This document shows positions 12,622 to 25,759 of a DNA stretch of 64,000 nt, piece by piece. The DNA comes from Mobula hypostoma (Eukaryota). The translations under genes and the position numbers were made by a program. Location of the stretch: the NCBI RefSeq assembly GCF_963921235.1, contig NW_026948187.1:6696001-6760000 (forward strand), given 5' to 3'. Within the stretch, counting starts at the first letter, position 1. The number at the start of each line of letters is the position of its first letter. The notes below the pieces were generated by a model that saw nothing but the letters and a program-made list of their open reading frames with translations, had not been told where the DNA came from and ran no database searches.

Positions 12622-13419
12622 TCTACGTAATAATAAAAGAGGGAATGGCCGAGGTAGACGTTTCGCACTTTACCGATGGTGTGGAGATATATCCATGATT
12701 AGACACGCCTTTTTCCTGAGGTAACCAATCAGAATTAGTGTGGTCGGTCGTCTACTGTTTCATTGTCATATTTCACTCGTTCAACCACAAGATGTCTCTT
12801 AAATCTCTCCAACTTTCACGCTCCCTCGACACCCTTTCTCTTTCTGTCTCGTTTAAGCCGGAGATCGCGTCATTTCCCCATCCATCACCCATTCCTCTCT
12901 GTTAAGGGAGACCTATCGCGTTTTCCCAACCTCAAAGTGACTACCATCCCCCTCCCCCGCCGCTTTACCATCAATCATACGTAATACCTCACCACCACTC
13001 GCCTAAACATAATGAGACTCTTTCTTTCTACCATCTTTCGTTCTTTCATTCCTTTTCTTTCTGTCTTTTGTTCTATATTTCTTTCTATCCTCTCTGTCTG
13101 TCTCTCCCTGTTTCTCTGTCTCTCTTCCCATCCAACAACCTGAAAATATAATACACATTTTTCGTTCTTTCATTGTGTTCTTTCTGCCTTTCTTCTATCC
13201 TTTCTGTCTGTCTGTCTCTCTCTGATTCTCCGTTTCTCTTCCCATCAGTCAGTTTGAAAATATAATACATATTTTTCGTTCTTTCATTGTTTTCTATCCG
13301 ACTCTTGTTCTGTCTCTCCTTCTTTCTTTCTATCCTCTCTGTGTCTCTCTTCCTGGAATTAAAATACACATTTGTTTGTATTGGTTGTAATCACTCTCCT
13401 CATCCCCACCCCCGCCTCC

Positions 13420-13900
13420 CACTCCCAACGGTATTTCCCACCAGGTTCAACGACTGCTTCATCCCCTCAGTGATCGGACTGTTGGACGGTCCTCTGGTAC
13501 GATACGATGGAGGCCTGACGCATCCCGGTTCGGGACGGCGGGCTCGCGGCCGGCGAGAAACCGGGGGAAAGTCGCGGACGCAGCCCGGCACGTCACAGGA
13601 GCCATCCGCTCCTCCGCGGACTCTGTCCACACTTCCCGCAGCCAGCGTCATCAAAGACCCCCGCCCGCAACACCCGCCCCGGATATTCTCCTCCCCACCC
13701 CTCCCATCGGGCAGGAGATACAGAAGCCCGAACGCCCGTCCCATCAGGCTCTGGGACGATATCCACCCCGCTATTATCAGACTATCGAACGGCCCCCTCG
13801 GACGATCAGATGGACTCCTGACCTCATGATCTACCTCGCTATGACCCCCTTGCACCTGATCGTCCGCCTGCACCGCACATTCTCTGTAACTGCGGCACTT
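13420..13900 (+). mobile_element. Rex1/Babar-type 3' fragments
   Basis: SVIKDPRPQHPP..LPSGRRYRSPNARPIRL motif. Confidence 0.7.
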
Positions 13901-14015
13901 CATTCTGCATTCCGATTTTGTTTTCCTTCCTACTACGCCAATATCCTCCCGTATCTCGGAACTAGCGACAAGAATAAACAACTTACTGATTGCCAAGTAT
14001 TTTTTATACTGAGGG

Positions 14016-14790
14016 TGTCATGGTCCGGTCCGAAGTCCGCATTCCGGTTCACGGTCCGGTCCGCGGACTCCGGACTCCGGGTCTTCCGGCTGTCCCTTGC
14101 GTCGATTGGACTTAACCATTAAGCACCTGATGCCCATCTTGGGGCTGGGAATATAAGTGGCCCTGAGATCGAGTCTGGTTGCTGGGTCGTCTCGTCAGTC
14201 TCCCCTTGGAGCAAACCACTGGTGGAAGGCTAGTGCAGTCATCGAGGTATGGATTTGGCTCTTCCGTAGCCCGCCGAGGTTACCGGCCGCCTCCAGTCTT
14301 GGAGCCACCCCGGACCTAGCTCCCTTTCTGTCCCTTGCCTCCGTCTGATAAGCCAGGCCGTTTGCCGTTAGCCTGCGGTTGGGTCCATCCCTCCCTGTCC
14401 TTGCCACCGCGGGGTGGAGACAGGCGTCCTGCCCAGGAGTTGCCTCGAAGTACCCTTGCACCGTCAAGTCCTCGTCCAGCCTCCAAGAAACCAAGCCTCG
14501 TCACGTCTTCGCCTGGTCTCCAAGAACCTCCAAGCCTCGTCACGTCTTCGCCTAGTTTTGTGGTCCGAGCCCGAGTCAAGACCAAGCTTCTGGGTCCTTG
14601 TCCGGTCTCTAGCTCGGAGTCCACGCCCAGGCTGCTTGTTCCCAGACCCTCGTCCTGGTCCAGCTTCCATAGCCGAGTCTGTGTTCCTGTCCCTACTCCC
14701 GGTCTGCGTCTCGTCTCGTCATTCAGTTTTGTCAGCTCCTGTTCCTAGTAGTTCTATTTGGGTCGGTTCCCAACGCCCCCCATTGTGACA
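14016..14790. mobile_element. Solo LTR with 5-bp target-site duplication
   Basis: TGTCA...TGACA termini flanked by GAGGG at 14011-14015 and 14791-14795. Confidence 0.85.
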
Positions 14791-15609
14791 GAGGGTGAAG
14801 GACGCCCGCTGCCAACTCTACCTGATCCTTTCCTAACCTTATAAACCCCTCTCAGGTCCCTCCTTAGTCCCCGTCGCTCCAATTCCCCCAAGTTTGTCCC
14901 ACCTCTCCCTGGAGCTCATGCCTCCCCCCCCCCCGATCCAGGCGGAACACGTGACGTCTCCGTTCACGCGGAGGCGTTTCCGGACCGTCGGGCAGCGCGG
15001 GACCCTCGGTGCGGCTGGGAACGTGCTCGGTTCATCTGTGTTGTAAACACAGGGGATTCTCCAGATGCTGTCAATCGAGCAGAGCTCACTCAAAATGCCG
15101 GAGGAACTCAGCAGGCACGTGATATTGCATTTAGAGCGGAAGCAAGTTTTTACATACTTTGTACATGACATTGTGGAATAACGAACGTGGTCAGATGACG
15201 GAGTGTTGGGGGGGGCGGCGGGCTACGGTTCATTTAGCGGGTAATTGCTCGTGCAGTGACCAATAGATGGGGAAATGCAGGGAGAAATCCTCATGAAATA
15301 GTAGAGAGGAGTCGATCGGGAAAGCGAGGAGAACTGTGAGATGACACCCCTCGAATAATGACATAAAGAGTGCGTGGTATCGGGAGAGATTGGGAAGGTA
15401 GGGAGCATTAAGTGCGAGATCCCCAGTAAAACGGAGAGAGTGAGTTAGAGAGAGAGAGAGAGAGAGGGACAGAGAAAGAGAGGGGGAAGGGGGATGATAG
15501 TGGATAACGGAGTAAATGAGATAGATCAATAGATAGATATAGAGGATGCGTGGTAGCGGGAGACATTGGGAGCGTAAGGAGCATTAAGTGGGACTTCCTC
15601 ATAAAACGG

Positions 15610-15648
<39 letters not shown>

Positions 15649-15846
15649 GAACTCGTTCAGTGAGAGTTTAGAAAATCTACGCCGTGGCGGACGGCATTCC
15701 GGCGATTACCAAGTCGATTTGGATTGGTGAACTCGGGATAAGGGGGCGCGTCTGCTCTCCGATATATCTCCCAACCGCCCGTGAAGAGCAAAGCTCTCCG
15801 ACCTTCCCTCCGCCACCGACCTCTTGTCTTTCACTAACAGTCGAAA

Positions 15847-16764
15847 ATGGCTCAAGGGGATCGTGCCCTGGTTGAGTCGTAAGTGGGTTTTATTCAGAAT
15901 TCTCTAATCGCCTTCTCACTCAAGTTCTCCCGTTCTTATGTTTTATTCCTTTGTTCGGGCACCCAAATGAACTCTGATAGTTACAGCCTCGTTACACCTT
16001 TGTCTTTCTACTTTTTATTCCGCACATGTAGGTGGTCGGTGACCGCCCGGTGGACGCCACCATCACCGCAACCCCTCCAGCTCGTCGCCGTCCTCCCTCC
16101 GGTTCGCGCGCTGCTATTACCGCTCGGGGGGTTCCGGGGTCCGGAGTTAATTCCGGCTCCCTCGCTGAGGAGTTTGTACGTTCCGCCCCGTGAACCGGGT
16201 GCTCCGCTTTCTTCCCACGGTCCGAAGACCTACCGGTTACTGGTTGAAATGGTCGTTGTAAAGCGTGCTGTGATTCGCTGTGGTGAGAAGGCCGGGGAGT
16301 GGGACTACATGGGAGAATGGATCAGCTGATGATAAAATGGCGGAGCAGAGTCGATGGACCGAGTGGCCGACTTCTGCTCCTTTGTCTTATGGTCTTATGG
16401 TCTTACGGTCCGGTGTTAAGCAGGAGGGCTGCTGGGCCGAAAGTCTCGTTGGGCCGGAACAGCATGCTGCGCGCGGTTTCCTTAGATAAATAATTAAAAA
16501 CTGTTTTCTTCAAGATTCTGTGTCTCTCCATACTTTTTTTTTTTAAATTCCGCTCTGTGTCCACAACTGGGAGGTCGGCGACCGTCCGCCAGACACCCGC
16601 TGCATTCACTACGCTGCCCGGCGACGGAGTGGAGTTGCAGTGTAAGACAGACGGAGTGGGTAGCGATGATGGCATGTTCTGGTATCGGCAGCACCCGGGG
16701 AAGAAGCCTCGGAGCCTGCTTTACACGATGGGCTACATGCGCGTAGAGCCGAAGGAGACGTCGG
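15847..16764 (+). pseudogene. TRBV: TRBV relic V3 (CAWS clan, 3'-truncated)
   Basis: Shortened leader 15847-15878 then GTAAGT, downstream of an ATTGG/GC/TATA-like promoter. Acceptor AG is changed to AA. V fragment about 16567-16764 (TVRQTPAAF..LQC..MFWYRQHPG..EPKET). No second Cys and no RSS. Confidence 0.85.
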
Positions 16765-18682
16765 GGAGCATTCTATTATTGCTCTAACCATCACAACTGT
16801 GAATTCCGCAAGACCTTGGAGTACAACAGACCTTCACGTCCCGTTCTCGGATTTAATTCATTTATTTGGGGGAGCGGGCCTATTGCCTCACCTCAGGGTA
16901 CTTCACAATTACCAATTAATCTGCTAACGGCTGCGTGTTTGGACTGTCGGTGGAAACCGGAGCACCCGCTAAAATTACCGCTTCAAGGGGAGAAATTGAA
17001 AATTCCTTGGAGATGATATCGGACTTCAGCTCCGAACTCTGGAAACACCCCTACTGTAAATGCGTCGTGCGAACCGCTTTTAATACATTTTTGGTTTCGA
17101 AGGTACATTTAATGTCAGAGAAATGTATGCAATATACATCCTGATATGCTCCTTCTCCGCAACCATCCAGGGAAACAGAGGAGAGCCCCCAAAGAATGAG
17201 CAGTGAAATGTTAGAACCCCAAAGTAATCCCCCCCAGCTCCCTCCCACCCGCACGTGAGCGGCAGCAAGTAACAATCCCCCCCTCCCCTCATCAACGAAA
17301 AAAAACAGCATCGAGACCCCCCCACCGAGCACCCACAACAAAGATAGTACTCCAAAGATTCCAAAGACTACATTAGGGCAGTTCTTCAAAGACTACATTG
17401 TTCACCCGGTATTCGACATACCACAGGCTCTCTCTCTCTCTCTCCCTAATAAGGGAAAAAACAGTTGTCCCCATTTCACAGCGAGAGGGGAGAAACCGCA
17501 AACAGCTCGCTGGTTTACGATGTTAGATGTCCGTTGCGTCACTTTTTCCGAGCTCTGTGCCCAAAGATCTCGGGTCTGTCGGCACACAGCCAGAGATCTT
17601 CCGTCTCCAATGACATACGGATCTGCTGCAGAGGTACCGACCTCCGAATCCCCAGTCTCCAGAGCCACAAGATCCCGACATTTTGCTTCTTTTGGCGCTC
17701 TGTTCAGCGAGGTGGATATTCATTGCAGCGTTCTGATTTAAATTCTTTTTTGTAATTTAGTTTATTGAAGTTCTTCATCAAACAAACATTTCCATAAAAT
17801 GTATTTCAGCTACTGTACATTTATATCATATAATCATATATGTCACAAATCTCCACATAATATTTATCTGAGGTATGATTATGGTTATGATTATGAGGAC
17901 ACGCAGTCCTCTTTTATTGTCATTTAGTGTAATGCATGCATTAAGAAATTATACATTTTGTTCCTCCAGAGTGATATCAAAGAAACAGAAGACAAACCAA
18001 GACTGAAAAAAAAACTGTCAAAAAACACATAATTATAACATATAGTTACAACAGTGCAAACAATACCGTAACGTGATAGAAGAACAGGCCATGGGCACGG
18101 TAAAAAAAAAAGTCTCAAAGTCTCTCGAAAGACCCATCATCTCTGCTGAACGTTGTATAATATGATCTAGTTAACTTAGTTATACTTACTTATTAATCAA
18201 TTCTACCTACAAGCCCTCAGTAGTCGAACTATGCAGTCTGTTCTGACTGAGCAATGCCGTGACGTTCCCCCTGACAGGTAGTGCCACAGACGCCGTTAAT
18301 CCCTCTCGCTCTATCCCGCCCACCATAACGGAAGACCGGAATACAGAGCTGCCGATGCTGCCGCTCCTACAACCAAGTTTCACTGAAGGCGACAATCCGG
18401 TAACTCCATCTGCGGAACAAAGCTATAACTCCGCCACATTTCCCATGATCCTCCTTGCGCGGAAGCACACGCAACTCAGAACTTTAGTCCCGCCATGCCC
18501 AGCCTATGTTTATTCACGACGTTGTGTGTAGGTTGCACAAAATCTCTCTCCATAACCACTGTACTGTCTATACTGGAGGTCTGGGTTCTTCCCCCGCCCC
18601 CCCCGCCACCCCAGTTTAAATACCCACCCCCACCCCCGCACCTGCTCTCCTATTGACAGTCACGTCTTGTTTCAGAGTTACA

Positions 18683-18721
18683 GGTTTTTGTTCGGTTTCA
18701 CCATCCGGTCGGGCGGCTGTG
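18683..18721 (-). other. 23-RSS of V4
   Basis: CACAGCC, 23-nt spacer, ACAAAAACC. Confidence 0.95.
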
Positions 18722-19334
18722 TAAACTCCAGGCGCAGAAATAACGAGCCGAGTGATTCGCAGTCAAACTTTTAGAAATCAGCTTGAACTGGTTGTCCTGC
18801 CTCTTGGCTGTTAACCCGTCCGCCGTCTCCTCCGGTTCCAGATGCATGTTGTTCTGTGAGTAAAGCAGGTAATGAGGTCCGTTCCCCGGGTACTGTCTGT
18901 ACCAGTACATACGATCAGTATCACCCCCTCCTTCCGCCGTACAATGCAACTCCATTCCATCGCCGGCCAGTGCGGAAAACGCGGCGGGAGTCTGGCGGAC
19001 GGTCACCGACGTCGCGCCTGTGGACAGGGAGAGGAACAAAGAGAAAGGTGGAAAAACTGAGTGACCGGCGTCCGGAGGAGGGCGGCGGAGAGTGGAACAA
19101 GAAAGGGGAAATGCAGGGAGATGTAGGGATTGCGGGGGTGACACGACGGGCGCGGATACAGAGGTAGAAAACTAATCGTCAACTGAAGAACGTTAGATGA
19201 CAGAGAGAATAATAATAATAATAATAATAAGTAGACCAACAAGAAGAAAACGAAGGAAAGAAATTTAATAAAACCAACGTACAGGTAAACCAGGCCGTGA
19301 TCCCCAGTAAGAGAAATGCTTGCCCGTGGTCCAT
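18722..19334 (-). CDS. TRBV: TCR beta V gene V4 (CAWS clan, MDHG leader), functional
   Basis: Leader 19334-19283 MDHGQAFLLLGITAWFT with GTACGT donor. 296-nt V exon 19017-18722 is open. RSS intact. Confidence 0.95.
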
Positions 19335-19423
19335 TTTAACGCAATACTGAAAGGGAGGGTGACGAATCGCGGCGGTAGGAGCAGACGGCTTTGCCCTTCC
19401 TGCGTCAGAAGAATCAGAGGACA

Positions 19424-19585
19424 TTAGTCACACCCCTTCCGCCGAGTTAACCAATCGGAATCGATGACGTGATTAGTGCAGACTCTCCGTCGTATCATGA
19501 AGTTTAGTCACACCCCTTCCACCGAGTTAACCAATCGGAATCGATGACGTGATTAGTGCGGACTCTCCGTCGTATCCTGAAGTTT
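19424..19585 (-). promoter_or_regulatory. V4 promoter module (CACCC box, CCAAT, CRE half-site), tandemly duplicated in 80-bp units
   Basis: TTAGTCACACCCCTTCC..AACCAATCGGAATCGATGACGTG starts at 19424 and again at 19504. Single copy upstream of V9 and V12. Confidence 0.75.
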
Positions 19586-19599
19586 CAGACGTTATCATG

Positions 19600-20050
19600 A
19601 ACGCCAGACATTCCGCTGATGCTGGAAATCCAAAGCAACGCACTCAAAATGCTGGGGGAGCTCGTCACGTCTGGCAGCATCATTGAAAATGAGCGTTACG
19701 GGCCTAGACGCCACTGCAGGACCGGGAAGGAAGGGAGAAGGAGCCAGAAGTGAAAGGTAAGGGGAAGAGGGAGAGCGATTGCGAGAAATCGATAGGTAGA
19801 AGCCAGGTGGGTGAGAAAGGTGAAGGTCAGGTGATGAAAGGATCTGTTGTGGGAGGAGAGTGAACGAAAGGAGAAAGGCAACGAGGACCGGGACTTCGGG
19901 TGTAGGGTGATAGGCAGGTGAAAACAGGTAAGAGGTGAGCGTGGGGAATGGAAGGAGACGGGTGTTTGAGAGATTTTTTAAACCAGAAGGAGAAATTGAT
20001 ACTCATGTTATCAGGTTTGAGTTGCCCAGATGGAATATAAGATGTCGCTC
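19600..20050 (-). mobile_element. Penelope-like element fragment (also about 26590-27120, 38430-38870, 46920-47510)
   Basis: GATGCTGGAAATCCAAAGCAAC..CAAAATGCTGG terminus plus purine-rich tract; family assigned from memory. Confidence 0.55.
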
Positions 20051-20085
20051 CAACAACGTAGTCGAGGCAGTTGTAAATTAATTCT

Positions 20086-20121
<36 letters not shown>

Positions 20122-20236
20122 GACACGTGCACGTGTGGCGATTGGAAGGGAATCGGTAATGGCAATCGTTATTTGCTTTAATTCGGCATCCTGTTTGCAG
20201 AAGACGTCGTGGACGGAACACCTGTTGTTCTGCTTG

Positions 20237-20255
20237 TCACCACCAGGGGTCGCTG
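20237..20255 (+). promoter_or_regulatory. Putative CTCF-binding element in the inter-V spacer
   Basis: TCACCACCAGGGGTCGCTG, identical at 39057-39075 and 47548-47566. Confidence 0.55.
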
Positions 20256-21792
20256 TGAAGAGAAACAGAAAGGCATTGTTTTTCTCCAGTTGGTATGTGG
20301 ATTGTAGTAACTAGATGTAACCTCGTGGGCATGCGCAATTCCTTCGACCGTTTACCAATTATGACTAATTGTTTATGTTTGGACAAGCTCTGGGTTTTGA
20401 CTATGTTTCGAAGGAGTCCCGTTTGGTATCGTGGGGTGTTTCAAGCTCTCTGTGTATTTAACACTTTCATTTAACTTGCAGGGATTAAATTAAGACGGTA
20501 TTCTCAATGGACGTTATTGCAGTTGATGCCACTGGGGATCGTTGCTTCGAGGAGACATTGAAGTTCTTTAAGTAGTCCTCAATTCCTACGTGAGTTCCTA
20601 CGGGTGTATTTCGAGAACGGTGGGGGCTGTTGTGTCTTGCTAATCCCGCTTTGCTCTGTCGCTGTGTATCCTTGTCTGTCCAAGGTCCCCCTGTATCATG
20701 AATGCTTTGAATTCCTCATGATTCTGCAGGTTACCTGAGCTCTGGTTATTTGTGCCACTTAATTTCTTTAATACATGTTTTCTTTTGTTTTGAATTGCTG
20801 AAGTCCCAGCGATTCCTGCACCCGGGTGATGCTGTCAATTACATTTCTTCTATTTCATTCCATTTAGAGATACAGCGCGGCACGTTATCGGATTGAGAGG
20901 CGAATCCAGAGCACCTGGGTGGGCTGGCGGGAGGGGAGGGGAGTAAACACACGTAGTCACGTGGAGGAAGTACACACTCCTTACAGCCGGCGCCGGAATT
21001 GAGCTCCGGACTCCGGAACGCCCTGAGTTGCAAAAGCGTCGCGCAAACCGCGATTACAGTTGCTACGTAAACGTGCGACTTACAATGTAAACCCTTTTCC
21101 GTCATTCTCCTCTTCGCCCCTCACTCTCTCTCTCTCTCTCTTTCGCCCCTCACCCTCTCTTTGTCTCTGTCTCTCTCTCTCTCTCTCTCGCCCCTCCCAC
21201 CTCTCTCTCTCACCGCTGTCTCTTTATTTCTCTGTCTCGCCCCCGTCCTCTCTCTTGCCCCTACCACCACCTCCCTCTCTCTCTTTCTCTCTCCCGTCCC
21301 CTCTCTCCCCCCCCCTCTTTATTTGTATCTCTCATCCAATATGCGACTGAATGCAGACAGATGACGGCGTGGTACAGCAGTGAATCGAGGGGAAAACAGG
21401 ATCTGAATTAGAACGGAGCGGTACCGTCACAGGAAAAGTACCTACTGGGAACCGTTCCATAGCCTTTTAAAAGCGGGTCAGACAAAACACCCCTGAGGCT
21501 GAGGTATCGTGCTGTTCGGGGCATGGGCCACAGGCCGTCAAGTGGGAATCGTGTATATGGGCAACTTGGCTGCGAGGATCAGATGGGCAACGAGGTTTCT
21601 TTCTGTGTTGTCTGAGCTTCACTGCATGTACCCGATTCAAGCTAATCCTAATGGTCAATCGGAAAAACAGTCAAGATGTCTATCGAAACACCTCCATCGT
21701 AAACGCACCCACACCTAGCCCGGGCTTTCCGCTCCTGAGACACACAGTCCTCTGAGCAAGAAAAACCTTCCACACTCTCACCTAAAGTCCAT

Positions 21793-22758
21793 TGTGACGG
21801 GGTCCAGAATTACCCCCATGAACTGTGCTTTTGAAAAGTGAGAGAGAGAGAGGTATTTAACACCGACATGTTGTTTTGAAAACAGAGAGAGAAAGAAAGA
21901 GAGAGAGACGAAGATTGACTGTTGGACTGTCACTTTAATGAACGAGAAAGGACTGACTAACTTTTGGAGATAGCACCAATCAGCTCAAACGTTGCTATGG
22001 TGACCGAAGGCGGTGTTATTTGATGGACAATCGATGTTACCATTTTCCGGCACCGTGTTTATCCTTCTCAAGGACGTTTTGCCTGCTTATACATTCCTTA
22101 CACAGATAAGGGAAAGAGGAGTTATTTGAATGACAGTTGGTGCTCAGTACAGTGAGATAAATAGGAGGTCAGATGATGTAGACCTTAGACACATGTTTTG
22201 GACACTGAATGAGCTTTGTTGTGCCCATAGAAAAAAGCGGGTTTTTGGAGGATCTATCAGACTAATCGATCAGTTGGCTCTTACAGTACGAAAAGGGATT
22301 GATCGATGGGGAGTTGTCCATGTGTCCAACCTTTGCCTGGGTTGATAATTCAACCACAGAAGAACGGTCCCCTCTTCTGGTCACAGTCGGTGACCTCTAA
22401 AGGATTTCGGAGCACAAGGGGAAGATTGACGGCATCGGCTCACCTGAAGACGCAAATCTTTGCCCCCTCTCTCTCTCCCCACCACTACTCAACTCAACAC
22501 CACGAACTGAACTGAACTTTGCTCATCATCGTAAGACTGTATCTTTTTACTTCGAGACCTGAAGAAGCTTGTTTTTCATATACATTTCCACACTTACTGA
22601 TTTACTTACTTATATATAATCATTGCTAACCTGTTTGATTTATCTACATCTATATTACTGTATTGCGTAATATAAATATTATTAGTTAATAGCAATACTG
22701 GACTCTAAACTGTTTTCCATCTCTGCTGGTTCTTTATTCCGTCACGCAGTGCGTGGCA
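21793..22758 (+). mobile_element. Solo LTR with about 4-bp target-site duplication (CCAT/CTAT)
   Basis: TGTGACGG...GTGGCA. Empty paralogous sites near 40370 and 48760. A related, internally deleted copy lies at 45148-45601 (-). Confidence 0.75.
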
Positions 22759-23091
22759 CTATGAACACCAGGACCTGACATGTATTTTCACTGTGGAAGC
22801 GTCTCTGACTATCGACTCCATCAACACCTCTCATAATTACATAATCGTTGGTCCGTGCCGGCCGTATCGTCTTCATTCCCACTTGTGCGAAATTCGCTTA
22901 TTATTCTCCGGTGCAAAAGCACGTTAAACGCTGTAACCCAGGCTAACCACAGGGGGGCGCCAAGGCTATCCTCGCTCCGACCGGAAGGCCCGCCCCATCA
23001 TTTGACTGACAGGCTGTGTCGTCACGCCCCTCAGTGCGGTGGGCGCCTGCCCTCTTCTTATTGACAGTCGCGCCCGTCCCCCAGCGTTGGA

Positions 23092-23130
23092 GATTTTTGT
23101 TCGGTTCCACCATCTGTTCGGGCGGCTGTG
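23092..23130 (-). other. 23-RSS of V5
   Basis: CACAGCC, 23-nt spacer, ACAAAAATC. Confidence 0.93.
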
Positions 23131-23683
23131 TAAACTCCAGGCGCAGAAATAACGAGCCAAGTGGTTCGCAGTCAGACTTTTAGAAATCAGGTTGAACTGG
23201 TTGTCCCGCCTCTTCGCCGTTAACCCGTCCGCTGTTTCCTTCGGTTCCAGATGCGTGTTGGTCATCGAGTAGATCAGGTACTCAGGGCCACTCCCCGGGT
23301 ACTGTCAGTACCAGTACATATTATCAGTATCACCCCCTCCTTCCGCCGTGCACTGCAACTCCATTCCGCTGCCGGGCATGGCGGAGAGTGCGGGCTGAGT
23401 CTGCCGGACGGACACCGAGTTCCCACCTGCGGACAGAGAGCGGGAAACCGGTGAGGAATAAGATACGTGTTGACCGAGTGGGGAGCAGCGACTGGCGGAA
23501 AGAGACGGAAATGTAACAGGGCAGTGAGACTATCAGTCAGCGGCTGGGTGGTGGGACCCGGGAAGAAAGATAATCGAGAGTTCAATATCTGATGAATGTG
23601 GAAGCGAGAGAGGGGAGAAATTAGACAGCAAACAAAATCAACTAACCGACAATCCAGGGCGTGATCCACAGTAACAGAAACAT
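23131..23683 (-). pseudogene. TRBV: TRBV pseudogene V5 (MNRG-type leader family)
   Basis: Leader 23683-23647 (MFLLLWITPWIV). V exon 23426-23131 has TGA at 23305-23307 in place of Arg in WYRQ. Confidence 0.92.
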
Positions 23684-23749
23684 TTTTTTTGGTTAATTCT
23701 CCACAATATTGAAGGAGAAGAGGTGGTAAATAGGAGGTAGGATTAGGCA

Positions 23750-23825
23750 GACATTATATATCAGAGGTAAGCCACGCCTCTTCTCCTGATGTAACCAATC
23801 AGAATCAAGGTGACAGTCAATGTAA
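23750..23825 (-). promoter_or_regulatory. MNRG-type V promoter (TGACAGTCA, CCAAT, GC/KLF box, TATA-like)
   Basis: The same ordered motifs occur upstream of V10 (about 41390-41460), V11 (about 44280-44345) and V13. Confidence 0.7.
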
Positions 23826-24719
23826 TTTGGACCGAAGCACTCTAATGTATCCGTTGCTTTTCATGTTATCTGCCATATGCTAGCTGTCTCTCTCTCTCTA
23901 TCTATCCATCTATCTATCGCTCTGTCTCTGTCTCTATCTCTCTGTCTCTCTGTCGGTGTCTCTCTCTCTCTCTTTGCCCCTCTTTCTCTCTCTCTCTCTC
24001 CGTCTGTCTTTCTCTCTCATTAACTCTTTCACTCCATCTCTCTCTCCCTACCCCTTGTCTCTCTCCTATTGTCTCACTCTTTCTCACTCTCTCTGTCGCT
24101 CTCTGTCTCTCTCGCCTACTCTCTCTATTTCTCGGTTGTGTAGAGCAACGCCCTGTAGTTCACCGAAGAACAATCAGGTCCCTACAACCGTCTGGCTCCT
24201 GAACCAGCGCGGATGTCTTCACTCAGCTCCACCGTAACCTCCAAGCTGCGCGGGTGCGCGGCCGGGCTGTGACTGAAATGCCCCCGCGCACATCGCCTTT
24301 GTTGCCGCGCAGCTGGAAAGTTATTTTATGAGAATGCCTTATTAAAACACCGTTCGCTTTTTCGGGCCGTGTTAAAAAACCCTGTTCAGGGTAATGCCTG
24401 GTCCACGCAGCTGTAATAAAATGAAGGGACCGCTTCTCACCTCAACACTAAATTGACTCCACAACCAAGGGACTGACTTTCAAGGACTCTGCCAATCAGG
24501 TTCTTAGCATGATTTATTTACCTCTGTTATTTACATGATTTCTCCTCGTCTGTACATTGGTTGCCTCTAGTCTTTGTTTATGTATGGTGTTCCATAAATT
24601 CTGTTTTATTTCTTTATAATCCTGGAGATATGTGTACGAAAATGTATCTCAAGGTAGTATGGGCTGACATAGTGCAGTAGCATAATGATGAAATTATTTT
24701 AAAAAAAATTTGAATTATA

Positions 24720-25325
24720 GACAGTAGAGAATAGACAATAAGTGCAGGAGTAGGCCATTCGGCCCTTCCAACTAGCACGGCCATTCACTGTGATCATGGT
24801 TGAACATCCACTATCAGTACCCCGTTCCTGTCTTATCCCCATATCCCTTGACTCCGCTATCTTTAAGAGCTCCATCCTGAAAGAATCCAGAGAATTGGCC
24901 TCCACTGCCTTCTCAGGCAGAGCATTCCACAGATCCACCACTCTCTGGGTGAAAAAGTTTTTCCTCAACTCCGTTCTAAATGGCCTACCCCTTATTCTTA
25001 AACTGAGGCCTCTGGTTCTGGACTCACCCATCAGCGGGAACATGCTTCCTGCCTCCAGCGTGTCCAATCCCTTAATAATCTTATATGTTTCAATCAGATC
25101 CCCTCTCATCCTTCTAAATTCCAGTGTATACAAGCCCGGTCGCTCCAATCTTTCAACATATGACAGTCCCTCCATCCCGGGAATTAACCTTGTGAACCTA
25201 CACTGCACTCCCTCAGTAGCAAGAGTGTCCTTCCTCGAATCTGAAGAACAAAACTGCACAAAATACTCCAGGTGTGGTCTCACCAGGGCCCTGTACAGCT
25301 TGCAGAAGAACCTCTTTGCTCCTAT
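24720..25325 (-). mobile_element. CR1 LINE 3' fragment
   Basis: RPHLEYFVQFCS..RMRGDLIETYKI..RKNFFTQRVVDLWN. Confidence 0.92.
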
Positions 25326-25759
25326 ACTTACGTGTTATATCTCAGCAAGAAGTTGTCTCCCGATAAGGAAGCCAAGGATGTAGTGTCGACCAACTTTATT
25401 TCCAAAACAGAGAACCTGCTTGAATTTAGTCAATCTATACCCCTCATGATCTTGTTTCCCTCGATCAAAGCTCCCTTCGTTATTCAATCTTTCTTTGCCA
25501 CTCAGGTCAAGTCCTGGCCACGTGGTTGGATTTTTGCTCTGCACTATTTCAATCTTATTGATATGTTTCTTATAGCTAGGTGACCAGAATTGCACACAAT
25601 GCTCCAAATTAGGCCTCTTCTACATTTGTATAACTTGAACATAACATCCCATCTTCTGTACTCAATTTATGAAAGCTTCCTTTACGACATCTTCGGCACA
25701 ACATTGTGGGCCGAAGGACCTGTATTGTGCTGTAGGTTTTCTATGTTTTATGTTTTTAT

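Noticed and set aside
16020-16110. TAG|GTGGTCGGTGACCG as the start of another V exon
   Set aside because: Similarity ends within about 25 nt; no Cys or Trp framework follows.
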